Assembly (NCBI GenBank): GCA_964016885.1
Contig: OZ024757.1
Location: forward strand, 310,001 to 374,000
Direction: 5' to 3'
From: Eledone cirrhosa
Lineage: Eukaryota
Length of the DNA stretch: 64,000 nt
The notes beneath the pieces were generated by a model that saw nothing but the letters and a program-made list of their open reading frames with translations, searched no databases and was not told where the DNA came from. A program made the translations under genes and the position numbers. Position 1 is the first letter of the stretch; each line of letters starts with the position of its first letter. Below, piece after piece: positions 1 through 10,100 of the stretch.

Positions 1-897
1 CCTTCCCATGCGAGTCTTTTTTGCCATAGAGGTTATGGTGGGGGGGTCTACCTCTTATAGGTCTACTAGGGCAGAAACATCTAACGTCATGGCTGTCTAG
101 GTAGTCAGTGTCGTAGGTAAGTCTAAGTAGGAGGCCCAGTTCGTATGTGTCGACGTCGCAGAACTCCACCTCACTCTCAATGATCATCTCCACACATCTT
201 TTCACAGCAAAATCAATGTTTATGGATGGGTACAGTGACACCACATCCATGCTGCCTATTATGCAGTTGGATAGGTTCCTGTTTTTGTTGCACTCACTGA
301 TTCTGCTGAGGAGGTCCTCTGTACTGTCACATACATCTGGACACATCTTGATTATGGGGCGTATAACCATTGAGAGGAAGTAGGAGATCCTGTAGTTGCT
401 AGCTATATTAGCTCCGCATACGGATCTTGTTGGTGGTCCTGTTGTCGGGTCGTCGACTGTCTTGTGGTCTTTGCAGAGCCCATACAAGGGTGGTATGCCA
501 TTGTTAGACGCCTGGAAGTTGTTGGCAGTGCGTCTGCTTGGCTTTAGGATGTCAGTCCACATCATCATGTGAGCGTTGAGGATTTTCTCTCTCCCATCGT
601 GTGTTTGTTGTGCAATTTCGCTCGTGTTGGTGATGTGGGGTTGCATAGCCTTGATGTAGTTCGGTATGCTATCTATTGACATCCTACCAGACTTATCCGT
701 GGGTAGGCATACTACCTCACCATCCCTTGTGCGCTGCTTGAGGTTACCAAGCCTTCTACAGGTTTCCTCCCAAGTTGTTGGGCCTCTGGTCTGCTCTGTC
801 TCTTAGTATACCTGTCTACTATTTGTCTAATCTTATTTCTAGCTATGGTGAACTGTGCCTCTGTCTCGTCATCTATTTGTTGTGGTATGCAAACTCT
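1..897 (-). mobile_element. Penelope-like retroelement (PLE) reverse transcriptase fragment, 5'-truncated and frameshifted, continues beyond the left window edge
   Basis: The minus-strand frame 802->2 has no stop codon. Hand translation gives ...GEVVCLPTDKSGRMSID...IPPLYGLCKDHK...GPPTRSVCGA...DSTEDLLSRI...IIGSMDVVSLYPSINIDF.... These match the PLE 'DKG/DKS' motif, RT motif 1 (LYGLxKxHK), motif 2 (Rx) and motif A (D at 245-247). The upstream segment RVCIPQQIDDETEAQF...(897-~805) lies in a different frame. Confidence 0.85.
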
Positions 898-935
898 TTT
901 ATTATTATTATTATTTTTTTTGGGGGGGGGGGGGG
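898..935. repeat. Compound microsatellite (TAT)n, T run and G14
   Basis: Directly visible. It marks the point where the PLE-like coding sequence ends. Confidence 0.9.
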
Positions 936-1020
936 CAATATTACACAAATATGACCCTCCCCAAGTATAACAATACTTGTTTCGACACACGATTTCATGT
1001 AAGAAACCTCGCAAAACTAA

Positions 1021-1042
1021 TATATATATATATATATATATA
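1021..1042. repeat. (TA)11 microsatellite
   Basis: Directly visible. Confidence 0.95.
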
Positions 1043-1577
1043 AAATAGAGGTGTAACACACGAGTTGTGATATATTAGTAAAAAGGAAAAGAAAATGCTG
1101 ACAAATTTTTCCCAGTGAAAAATAGTTTAATTAGGAATAAGTATAAATTAGTAATAAGTATTAATTAGTATTCAGTTTTAGTTTTAAGTTTTTACCGGTT
1201 GCGCATTTCTTATGCTTTTCAAAAATAATTTTGAGATAGAGTGCTCGTGATTTTTGCTCTAATCTGATCAGTTTTGGAAATTCTTCCTGTTTTATGTGAA
1301 AAAAGTGGCTTGAGAGGCATTAAAATTTGTTTGGTTGTTGAATGTCACGTGAATAAACACTATAAAATTCGCGCCAATTCGTGTGGCAAAAATTCTTGTC
1401 GTAAAAACAATTTTGATTGGTCGGTAGAAGTCACGTGAATGTTTAAATTGATTTTAGCGCGAGCTGGTTTCGCGCCAAATGTAGGTTTGTCGAAGAATGT
1501 CCTTTTCCGCTTGATTGAGTTGCAGTCATGTTGAGGGGTCAACAGTTCAGATGTCTATTAAGACAAATATGTGTGTG

Positions 1578-1720
1578 TAGCAAAGTGGTTCATTTGTTGT
1601 GATAATGGAAATGAATCGGTCAGTAGGAATGTATGTGTGTGGCGGGGGGGGGGGTAGCAAAGTGGTTCAGTTGTGATAAGGGAAATGAATCGGTCAGTAG
1701 GAATGTGTGTGTGGGGGGGG
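1578..1720 (+). repeat. Two-copy tandem duplication, period 77 bp
   Basis: TAGCAAAGTGGTTCA..TTGTGATAA.GGAAATGAATCGGTCAGTAGGAATGT..(GT)n-G-run starts at 1578 and again at 1655. Confidence 0.9.
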
Positions 1721-2057
1721 TTATTTTAACATGTTAAAACATTTTTCAGCTCTTGTCTTATACGGAGAAGTGTGTGTGTCTGTCTGTATGTTAGTGTTCG
1801 AGTGTGTGTGTGTATGGACCAGTATTTTTGTGGTACTGGTATGTCACTGTGGGTATGTCACTATTTATAAAACAAACTTTGTATTGTACCAAAGTTTTGG
1901 TACCCTTGAAATATATATATAATAGAATAAACATGGTTTTATAAATAGATTCCATTTATTAATATCATTGATATTATACTCCAGAAAACCAGTCGAGTGC
2001 TCTGAATCTGTTATAAATATATCTGTTGAATTACCAACAAATTAAATATCACTTTGC

Positions 2058-2292
2058 TTATATATATATGTATATATAAACATGCATATATATATATGTA
2101 TATATAAATATATATATATATAAATATATATATGTATATATAAACATATATATACATACATACATATATATATATATACATACATTGAAGACCTCACACT
2201 GTCATGAATGTATGACAGACCTCACTCTGTCATACATATATTTAGATATGAATGTATGAATATGTATATATAAATATATATACATATATATA
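2058..2292. repeat. Imperfect (TA)n/(TACA)n microsatellite cluster with a short internal duplicated segment
   Basis: TA-rich tracts at ~2058-2183 and ~2234-2292 flank AGACCTCAC(A/T)CTGTCAT, which occurs twice (~2189 and ~2217). Confidence 0.85.
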
Positions 2293-3063
2293 CGATAGCA
2301 TGGGTCAGACTAGTCATCCTGTTGTGAAACAAGTCAGATCAGACGACCATTTCTTGCTCACAAACCATTTCTGCCTTGCTTTCTATTGCTGGATGGTCTT
2401 CCTAACACCAACCACATTTACAAGGTGGACTGTGCAGTTATTGTTGTCTCATGTCACTAACATGACCACTCTACAGGGTGGACTGGCTACTTCGAGCTAG
2501 CGTGATTGCATGTATCAACACGATGATACAATATAACAGGAAGACGGAAGAAGAGGTGAAGCATAGAAATAAACAATATGACTTACTGTGTGTGTGTGTG
2601 TCTATTCTTAGTATACGTTATTCGTCTCAAGGACTGCTGGTTCGATCTGGCTGTTTGGCTGTAGTCTATGTAAGATGTCAACAGTGTCAACAGTGCCACC
2701 ACCAACTACAAACATGACTTAGAGTTACCTACCTTAGAGTGTGTACAAACACAATACCCTCAAACTGTATGGAGGTGTTTTTGTTCAAGGGCTAAATATT
2801 AAGTAGATATGACATACACACAGAAGAGATATAAAGTATGTATGACAAAATGTGCTGCAGCCAATAGAGGAGAGAGCAGGTGTTGATATTAAAGCAGGTG
2901 TGTGTTGTTGGTTAATGTTGATTGAACAGGTGTTGTTTACTGGTTTTAGTAGTACCACCTTTCATGTAGGAGAGAGAGACGTTCAATACTGAAGCTTGTG
3001 TTTGTTGCTTTAGTGTCAGCTACTATGTTGATTGTAAATGAGGCTAATTAGTCATTTACACAG

Positions 3064-3114
3064 GTGAAAAAACTATATATTTTCACCTGTCTCAAAGTCC
3101 AGGTGTAGGCAGAG
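3064..3114 (+). other. Possible 51-nt internal exon of an unidentified gene
   Basis: A branch-like CTAAT (~3044), acceptor TTTACACAG|G and donor GAG|GTAAGC bound an open phase-1/1 frame (G)EKTIYFHLSQSPGVGR. I recognise no homology, so this could be chance. Confidence 0.2.
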
Positions 3115-3284
3115 GTAAGCACTGTGATGACGAGAACCATTTTAGTTTGAAATGCAGAGACAAATATACTCCTTGCCTTTGCTGAATTCCACCAGATGGC
3201 GCTGGCTGTCAGTCTTCTATTTATAACTGAGGCTTTCAAAATGTTTATTTATTAAACATGCCGTATATCTTAGATGTAGTAAAT

Positions 3285-3323
3285 TCACACATACACACAC
3301 ACACACATATTATATATATATAT
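3285..3323. repeat. (CA)n(TA)n microsatellite
   Basis: Directly visible. Confidence 0.9.
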
Positions 3324-3324
3324 G

Positions 3325-3433
3325 GGAAAAGAGTCAGGACCCCGACGGCTGAGTTCTGGCCGTTTTGACAGCTAGTTCAGATCCAGCTGTCAAAACGGCC
3401 AGAACTCAGCAGTCGGGGTCCTGACTCTTTTCC
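3325..3433. repeat. Long inverted repeat (foldback): 49-bp arms, 1 mismatch, 11-nt spacer
   Basis: 3325-3373 GGAAAAGAGTCAGGACCCCGACGGCTGAGTTCTGGCCGTTTTGACAGCT is the reverse complement of 3385-3433, apart from one base. Confidence 0.95.
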
Positions 3434-3511
3434 TATTACCCACTCTACTACCCTAAGTATCGAGTACTCTGGTGTGTTATGGTCCACCTGGTTCCTTACC
3501 ACACTTCCTTC

Positions 3512-3513
<2 letters not shown>

Positions 3514-3585
<72 letters not shown>
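3514..3585. repeat. (TA)36 microsatellite
   Basis: Directly visible perfect tract. Confidence 0.95.
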
Positions 3586-3588
<3 letters not shown>

Positions 3589-3769
3589 ATATGTACGGAT
3601 AAAATTTGATGTGTGGATCAGTGTACAAACAAAAATAAGTAAGATTGCTTAGCAAAGTATTTTTCTTGACATGGTCTTTGTATATTGTAAGATGCAGCGA
3701 CCTCACCTCGAACTTTGAAATCTTTCTGATGAAATGTAGTATTTTATGTATTGCTAGTGAATGTGCATA

Positions 3770-3957
3770 ATAATTGTTTCTACTTTTGGCACAAGGCCAG
3801 CAATTAACCAGTACATTACTGGTACTTTATTTTATCGACCCCATGAGGATGAAAGGCAAAGTTAACCCTGGCGGGATTTGAACTCAGACCATAAAGGGCC
3901 GTAACTCATTGCTGCAAAGCATGGTGCCTGACTCTACTGATACTGTCAATCCACCGC
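3770..3957 (-). mobile_element. tRNA-derived SINE, resembling abundant octopus/cephalopod SINEs
   Basis: The minus strand has a Pol III B-box-like GAGTTCAAATCCC followed by the core CTTTGCCTTTCATCCTCATGGGGTCGATAAAATAAAGTACCAGT and the tail GGCCTTGTGCCAAAAGTAGAAACAATTATT. I recognise the family from memory, not from a database search. Confidence 0.75.
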
Positions 3958-4059
3958 TGAATGTGCACAATAATAGTTTCTACTTTAGGCACAAGGCCAG
4001 CAATTAACCAGTACATTACTGGTACTTTATTTTATCGACCCCGTAAGGATAAAAGGCAA
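3958..4059 (-). mobile_element. Partial second copy of the same SINE (3' half), tandem with an exact 200-bp period
   Basis: 3958-4059 matches 3758-3859 with only a few substitutions. Confidence 0.85.
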
Positions 4060-4095
4060 TATCAGTCTACAACCGGCAGTTGTAGACTGATATTG
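4057..4095. repeat. Perfect hairpin, 17-bp stem and 5-nt loop
   Basis: CAATATCAGTCTACAAC-CGGCA-GTTGTAGACTGATATTG. Confidence 0.95.
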
Positions 4096-4161
4096 TATTG
4101 AAACATGGGTTAAAGAATAGACTTTGATTAAATTCTTCTCTTCTAAACTATACTTCATGCC

Positions 4162-7100
4162 TAGTGACATTGGGGTGAAGACAATAGCTACTACAGTGAG
4201 ATAGTGACATTGGGGTGAAGACAGTAGCTACTAGGGTGAGATAGGGACATTGGGGGGAAGACAATAGTTACTAGGGTGAGATAGTGTCATTAGGGTGAAG
4301 ACAGTAGCTACTAGGGTGAGATAGTGATCTTGGGGTGAAGACAATAGCTACTAGGGTGCGATAGTGACATTAGGGTGGAGACAGTAGCTAATAGGGTGAG
4401 ATAGTGACATTGGAGTGAAGACAGTAGCTACTAGGGTGAGATAGTGACATTGGGGTGAAGACAATAGGTACTAGGGAGAGATAGTGACATTGGTGTGAAG
4501 ACAGTAGCTACTAGGGTGAGATAGTGACATTGGGGTGAAGACAGTAGCTACTAGGGTGAGATAGTGACATTGGGGTGAAGACTAGCTACTAGGGTGAGGT
4601 AGTGACATTGGGGTGAATACAGTAGCTACAAGGGTGAGATAGTGACATTGGGGTGAATACAGTAGCTACTAGGGTGGGATAGTGACATTGGGGTTAAGAC
4701 AGTAGCTACAAGGGTGAGATCGTGACATTGGGGTGAAGACAGTAGCTACTAGGGTGAGATAGTGACATTGGGGTGAAGACAGTAGCTACAAGGGTGAGAT
4801 CGTGACATTGGGGTGAAGACAGTAGCTACTAGGGTAAGATAGTGACATTGGGGTGAAGACAGTAGCTACTAGGGTGAGATAAGGACATTGGGGTAACAAC
4901 AGTAGCTACTAGGGTGAGATAGTGAAATTAGGGTGAATACATTAGCTACTAGGGTGAGATAGTAACATTGGGGTGAAGACAGTAGCTACTAGGGTGGGGT
5001 AGTGATATTGGGGTGAAGACAATAGCTACAAGGGTGAGATAGTGACATTGGGTGAAGACAATAGCTACTAGGGTGAGAGAGTGACATTGGGGTAAAGAGA
5101 GTAGCTACTAGGGTGAGATAGTGACATTGGGGTGGAGACAGTAGATACTAGGGTGAGATAGTGACATTGGGGTGGAGACAGTAGATACTAGAATGAGATA
5201 GTGACATTGGGGTGAAGACAGTAGCTACAAGGGAGAGATAGTGACATTGGTGTGAAGACAGTAGCTACTAGGGTGAGATAGTGACATTGGGGGTGAAGAC
5301 AGTAGCTACTAGGGTGAGATAGTGACATTGGGGTGAAGACTAGCTACTAGGGTGAGGTAGTGACATTGGGGTGAATACAGTAGCAACTAGGGTGAGATAG
5401 TGACATTGGGGTGAAGACAGTAGCTACAAGGGTGAGATCGTGACATTGGGTGAAGACAGTAGCTACTAGGGTAAGATAGTGACATTGGGGTGAAGACAGT
5501 AGCTACTAGGGTGAGGTAGTGACATTGGGGTGAATACAGTAGCTACTAGGGTGAGATAGTGACATTGGGGTGAAGACAGTAGCTACAAGGGTGATATCGT
5601 GACATTGGGGTGAAGACAGTAGATACTAGGGTAAGATAGTGACATTGGGGTGAAGACAGTAGCTACTAGGGTGAGATAGGGACATTGGGGTGACAACAGT
5701 AGCTACTAGGGTGAGATAGTGACATTAGGGTGAATACATTAGCTACTAGGGTGAGATAGTGACATTGGGGTGAAGACAGTAGCTACTAGGGTGAGATAGT
5801 GACATTGGGGTGAAGACAATAGCTACAAGGGTTAGATAGTGACATTGGGTGAAGACAATAGCTACTAGAGTGAGAGAGTGACATTGGTGTGAAGACATTA
5901 GCTACTTGGGTGAGATAGTGACATTAGGGTGAAGACAGTAGCTACTAGGTGAGATCGTGACATTGGGGTGAAGACAGTAGCTACTAGGGTGAGATATTGA
6001 CATTGGCGTGAAGACAGTAGTTACTAGGGGGAGATAGTGACATTGGGGTGGAGACAGTAGCTACTAGGGTGAGATAGTGACATTGGGGTGAAGACAGTAG
6101 CTACTAGGGTGCGATAGTGACATTGGGGTGAAGACTAGCTACTAGGGTGACCTAGTGACATTGGGGTGAATACAGTAGCTACTAGGGTGAGATAGCGACA
6201 TTGGGGTGAAGACAGTAGCTACAAGGGTGAGATCGTGACATTGGGGTGAAGAGAATAGCTACAAGGGTGAGATAGTGACATTGGGTGAAGACAATAGCTA
6301 CTAGGGTGAGAGAGTGACGTTGGGGTAAAGAGAGTAGCTACTAGGGTGAGATAGTGACATTGGGGTGGTGATAGTAGCTACTAGGGTGAGATAGTGACAT
6401 TGGGGTGAAGACAGTAGCTACTGGGTGAAATAGTGACATTGGGGTGAAGACGATAACTATTTGGGTGAGATAGTGACATTGGGGTGAAGACAGAAGCTAC
6501 TAGGGTGTGATAGTGACATTAGGGTGAAGACAGTAGCTACTAGGGTGAGATAGTGACATTAGAGTGAAGACAGTAGCTACTAGGGTGAGATATTGACATT
6601 GGGGGGAAGACAGTAGCTACTACGGTGAGATAGGGACATTGGGGGAAGACAGTAGCTACTAGGGTGAGATAGTGACATTGGGGTGGAGACAGTAGCTACT
6701 AGGGTGAGATAGTAACATTGGAGTGAAGACAGTAGCTACAAGGGTGAGATCGTGACATTGGGGTGAAGACAGTAGCTACTAGGGTGAGATATTGACATTG
6801 GGGTGAAGACAGTAGCTACTAGGATGAGATATTGACATTGGGTGAAGACAGTAGCTACTAGGGTGAGATAGTGACATTGGGGTGAATACAGTAGCTACTT
6901 GGGTGAGATAGTGATATTGGGGTGAAGACAGTAGCTACTAGGGTGAGATAGTGACATTAGGGTGAAGACATTAGCTACTAGAGTGAGATAGTGACATTGG
7001 GGTGCAGACAGTAGCTACTAGGCTGAGATAGGGACATTGGGGGGAAGACAGTAGCTACTAGGGTGAGATAGGGACATTGGGGTGACAACAGTAGCTACTA

Positions 7101-10100
7101 GGGTGAGATAGTGACATTAGGGTGAATACATTAGCTACTAGGGTGAGATAGTGACATTGGGGTGAAGACAGTAGCTACTAGGGTGAGATAGTGACATTGG
7201 GGTGAAGACAGTAGCTACAAGGGTCAGATCGTGACATTGGGGTGAAGACAGTAGCTACTAGGGTGAGATAGTGACATTAGGGTGAATACATTAGCTACTA
7301 GGGTGGGATAGTGACATTGCGGTGGAGACAATAGCTACAAGGGTGAGATAGTGACATTGGGTGAAGACAATAGCTATTAGGGTGAGAGAGTGACATTGGT
7401 GTGAAGACATTAGCTACTTGGGTGAGATAGTGACATTGGGGTGAAGACAGTAGCTACTAGGGTGAGATAGTGACATTGGGGTGAAGACAGTAACTACTAG
7501 GGTGAGATAGTGACATTGGGGTGAATACAGTAGCTACTAGAGTGAGATAGTGAGATTGGTGTGAAGACAGTAGCTACTAGGGTGTGATAGTGACATTGGG
7601 GTGAAGACAGTAGCTACAAGTGTGAGATCGTGACATTGGGAGAAAACAGTAGCTACTAGGGTAAGATAGGGACACTGGGGTGACAACAGTAGCTCCTAGG
7701 GTGATATAGTGACATTAGGGTGAATACAGTAGCGACTAGGGTGGGATAGTGACATTGGGGTGAAGACAATAACCACATGGGTGAGATAGTGACATTGGGG
7801 TGAAGACAGTAACTACAAGGGTGCGATAGTGACATTGGGGTAAAGACAGAAGATACTAAGGTGAGATAGTGACAATGGGGTAAAGAGAGTAGCTACTAGG
7901 GTGAGATAGTTACATTGGGGTGGAGAGAGTAGCTACTAGGGTGAGATAGTGACATTGGGATGGAGAGAGTAGCTACTAGGGTGAGATAGTGACATTAGGG
8001 TGAAGACAGTAGCTACTGGGTGAGATATTGACGTTGGGGTGAAGACAGTAGCTACTAGGATGAGATATTGACATTGGGGTGGAGACAGTAGCTACTAGGG
8101 TGAGATAGTGACATTGGGGTGAAGTAAATAGTTACTAGGGTGAGATAGTGACATTAGGGTGAAGAGATTAGCTACTAGAGTGATATAGTGAGATTCGGTT
8201 GCAGACAGTAGCTACAAGGGTGAGAAAGTGACATTGGGGTGAAGACAATAGCTACTAGGGTGAGATAGTGACATTAGAGTGAAGACAGTAGCTACTAGGG
8301 TGCGATAGTGACATTGGGGTGAAGACAGTAGCTACTAGGTTGAGATAGTGACACTGGGGTGAAGACAGTAGGTACTAGGGTGAGATATTGACATTGGGGT
8401 GAAGACAGTAGCTACTAGGGTGAGATAGTGACATTGGGGTGAAGACAGTAGCTACTAGGGTGAGATAGTGATATTGCGGTGAAGACAGTAGCTACTAGGG
8501 TGCGATAGTGACATTGGGGTGAAGACTAGCTACTAGGGTGAGGTAGTGACATTGGGGTGAATACAGTAGCTACTAGGGTGAGATAGTGACATTGGGGTGA
8601 AGACAGTAGCTACAAGGGTGAGATCGTGACGTTGGGGTGAAGACAGTAGATACTAGGGTAAGATAGTGACATTGGGGTGAAGACAGTAGCTACTAGGGTG
8701 AGATAGGGACATTGGGGTGAATACAATAGCTACTAGGGTGAGATAGTGACATTGGGGTGAATACAGTAGCTACTAGGGTGAGATCGTGACATTGGGTGGA
8801 GACATTAGCTACTACGGTAAGATAGTGACATTGGGGTGAAGACTGTAGCTACTAGGGTGAGATAGGGACATTGGGGTGACAACAGTAGCTCCTAGGGTGA
8901 GATAGTGACATTAGGGTGAATACAGTAGCGACTAGGGTGGGATAGTGACATTGGGGTGAAGACAATAACTACATGGGTGAGATAGTGACATTGGGGTGAA
9001 GACAGTAACTATTAGGGTGAGATAGTGACATTGGGGTAAAGACAGTAGATACTAAGGTGAGATAGTGACAATGGGGTAAAGAGAGTAGCTACTAGGGTGA
9101 GATAGTTACATTGGTGTGGAGAGAGTAGCTACTAGGGTGAGATAGTGACATTGGGGTGGAGAGAGTAGCTACTAGGGTGAGATAGTGACATTAGGGTGAA
9201 GACAGTAGCTTCTCAGGTGAGATAGTGACATTGGGGTGAAGACAGTAGCTACTAGGGTGAGATATTGACATTGGGGTGGAGACAGTAGCTACTAGGGTGA
9301 GATAGTGACATTGGGGTGGAGACAATAGTTACTAGGGTGAGATAGTGACATTAGGGTACAGACAGTTGCTACTATGGTGAGATAGTGACATTGGGGTGAA
9401 GACAATAGCAACTAGGGTGAGATAGTGACATTGGGTGAAGACAATAGCTACTAGGGTGTGATAGTGACATTGGGGTGAAGACAGTAGCTACTAGGGGTGA
9501 GATAGTGACATTGGGGTGAAGACAGTAGCTACAAGGGTCAGATCGTGACATTGGGGTGAAGACAGTAGCTACAAGGGTGAGATAGTGACATTAGGGTGAA
9601 TACATTAGCTACTAGAGTGGGATAGTGACATTGCGGTGGAGACGATAGCTACAAGGGTGAGATAGTGACATTGGGTGAAGACAATAGCTACTAGGGTGAG
9701 AGAGTGACATTGGTGTGAAGACATTAGCTACTTGGGTGAGATAGTGACATTGGGGTGAAGACAGTAGCTACTAGGGTGAGATAGTGACATTGGGGTGAAG
9801 ACAGTAACTACTAGGGTGAGATAGTGACATTGGGGTGAATACAGTAGCTACTAGAGTGAGATAGTGAGATTGGTGTGAAGACAGTAGCTACTAGGGTAAG
9901 ATAGTGACATTAGGGTGAAGACAGTAGCTACAAGTGTAATATCGTGACATTGGGTGAAAACAGTAGCTACTAGGGTAAGATAGGGACATTGCGGTGAATA
10001 CAGTAGCTCCTAGGGTGACATAGTGACATTAGGGTGAATACAGTAGCGACTAGGGTGGGATAGTGACATTGGGGTGAAGACAATAACTATATGGGTGAGA

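Noticed and set aside
147-3706. Short ORFs in the left 3.7 kb
   Set aside because: They are antisense to the RT (147-383) or run through microsatellites (YIYI, VCVC, NNNN). Only the RVCIP...RYTK part of 712-1059 looks real, as part of the PLE.
3870-3957. tRNA gene
   Set aside because: Only a B-box-like motif is present, with no cloverleaf. It is explained as the SINE head.
4062-4115. Hammerhead ribozyme (GTC..stem..CTGATAT..GAAAC), as found in PLE termini
   Set aside because: The core is CTGATAT, not CTGANGA. Stem I is out of register by two bases and there is no stem II. An Infernal search with hammerhead models would settle it.
4057-4164. Helitron 3' end (hairpin plus CTAG)
   Set aside because: The hairpin is ~65 bp from the CTAG rather than ~10-15 bp, is AT-rich, and CTAG-like sequence belongs to the satellite itself.
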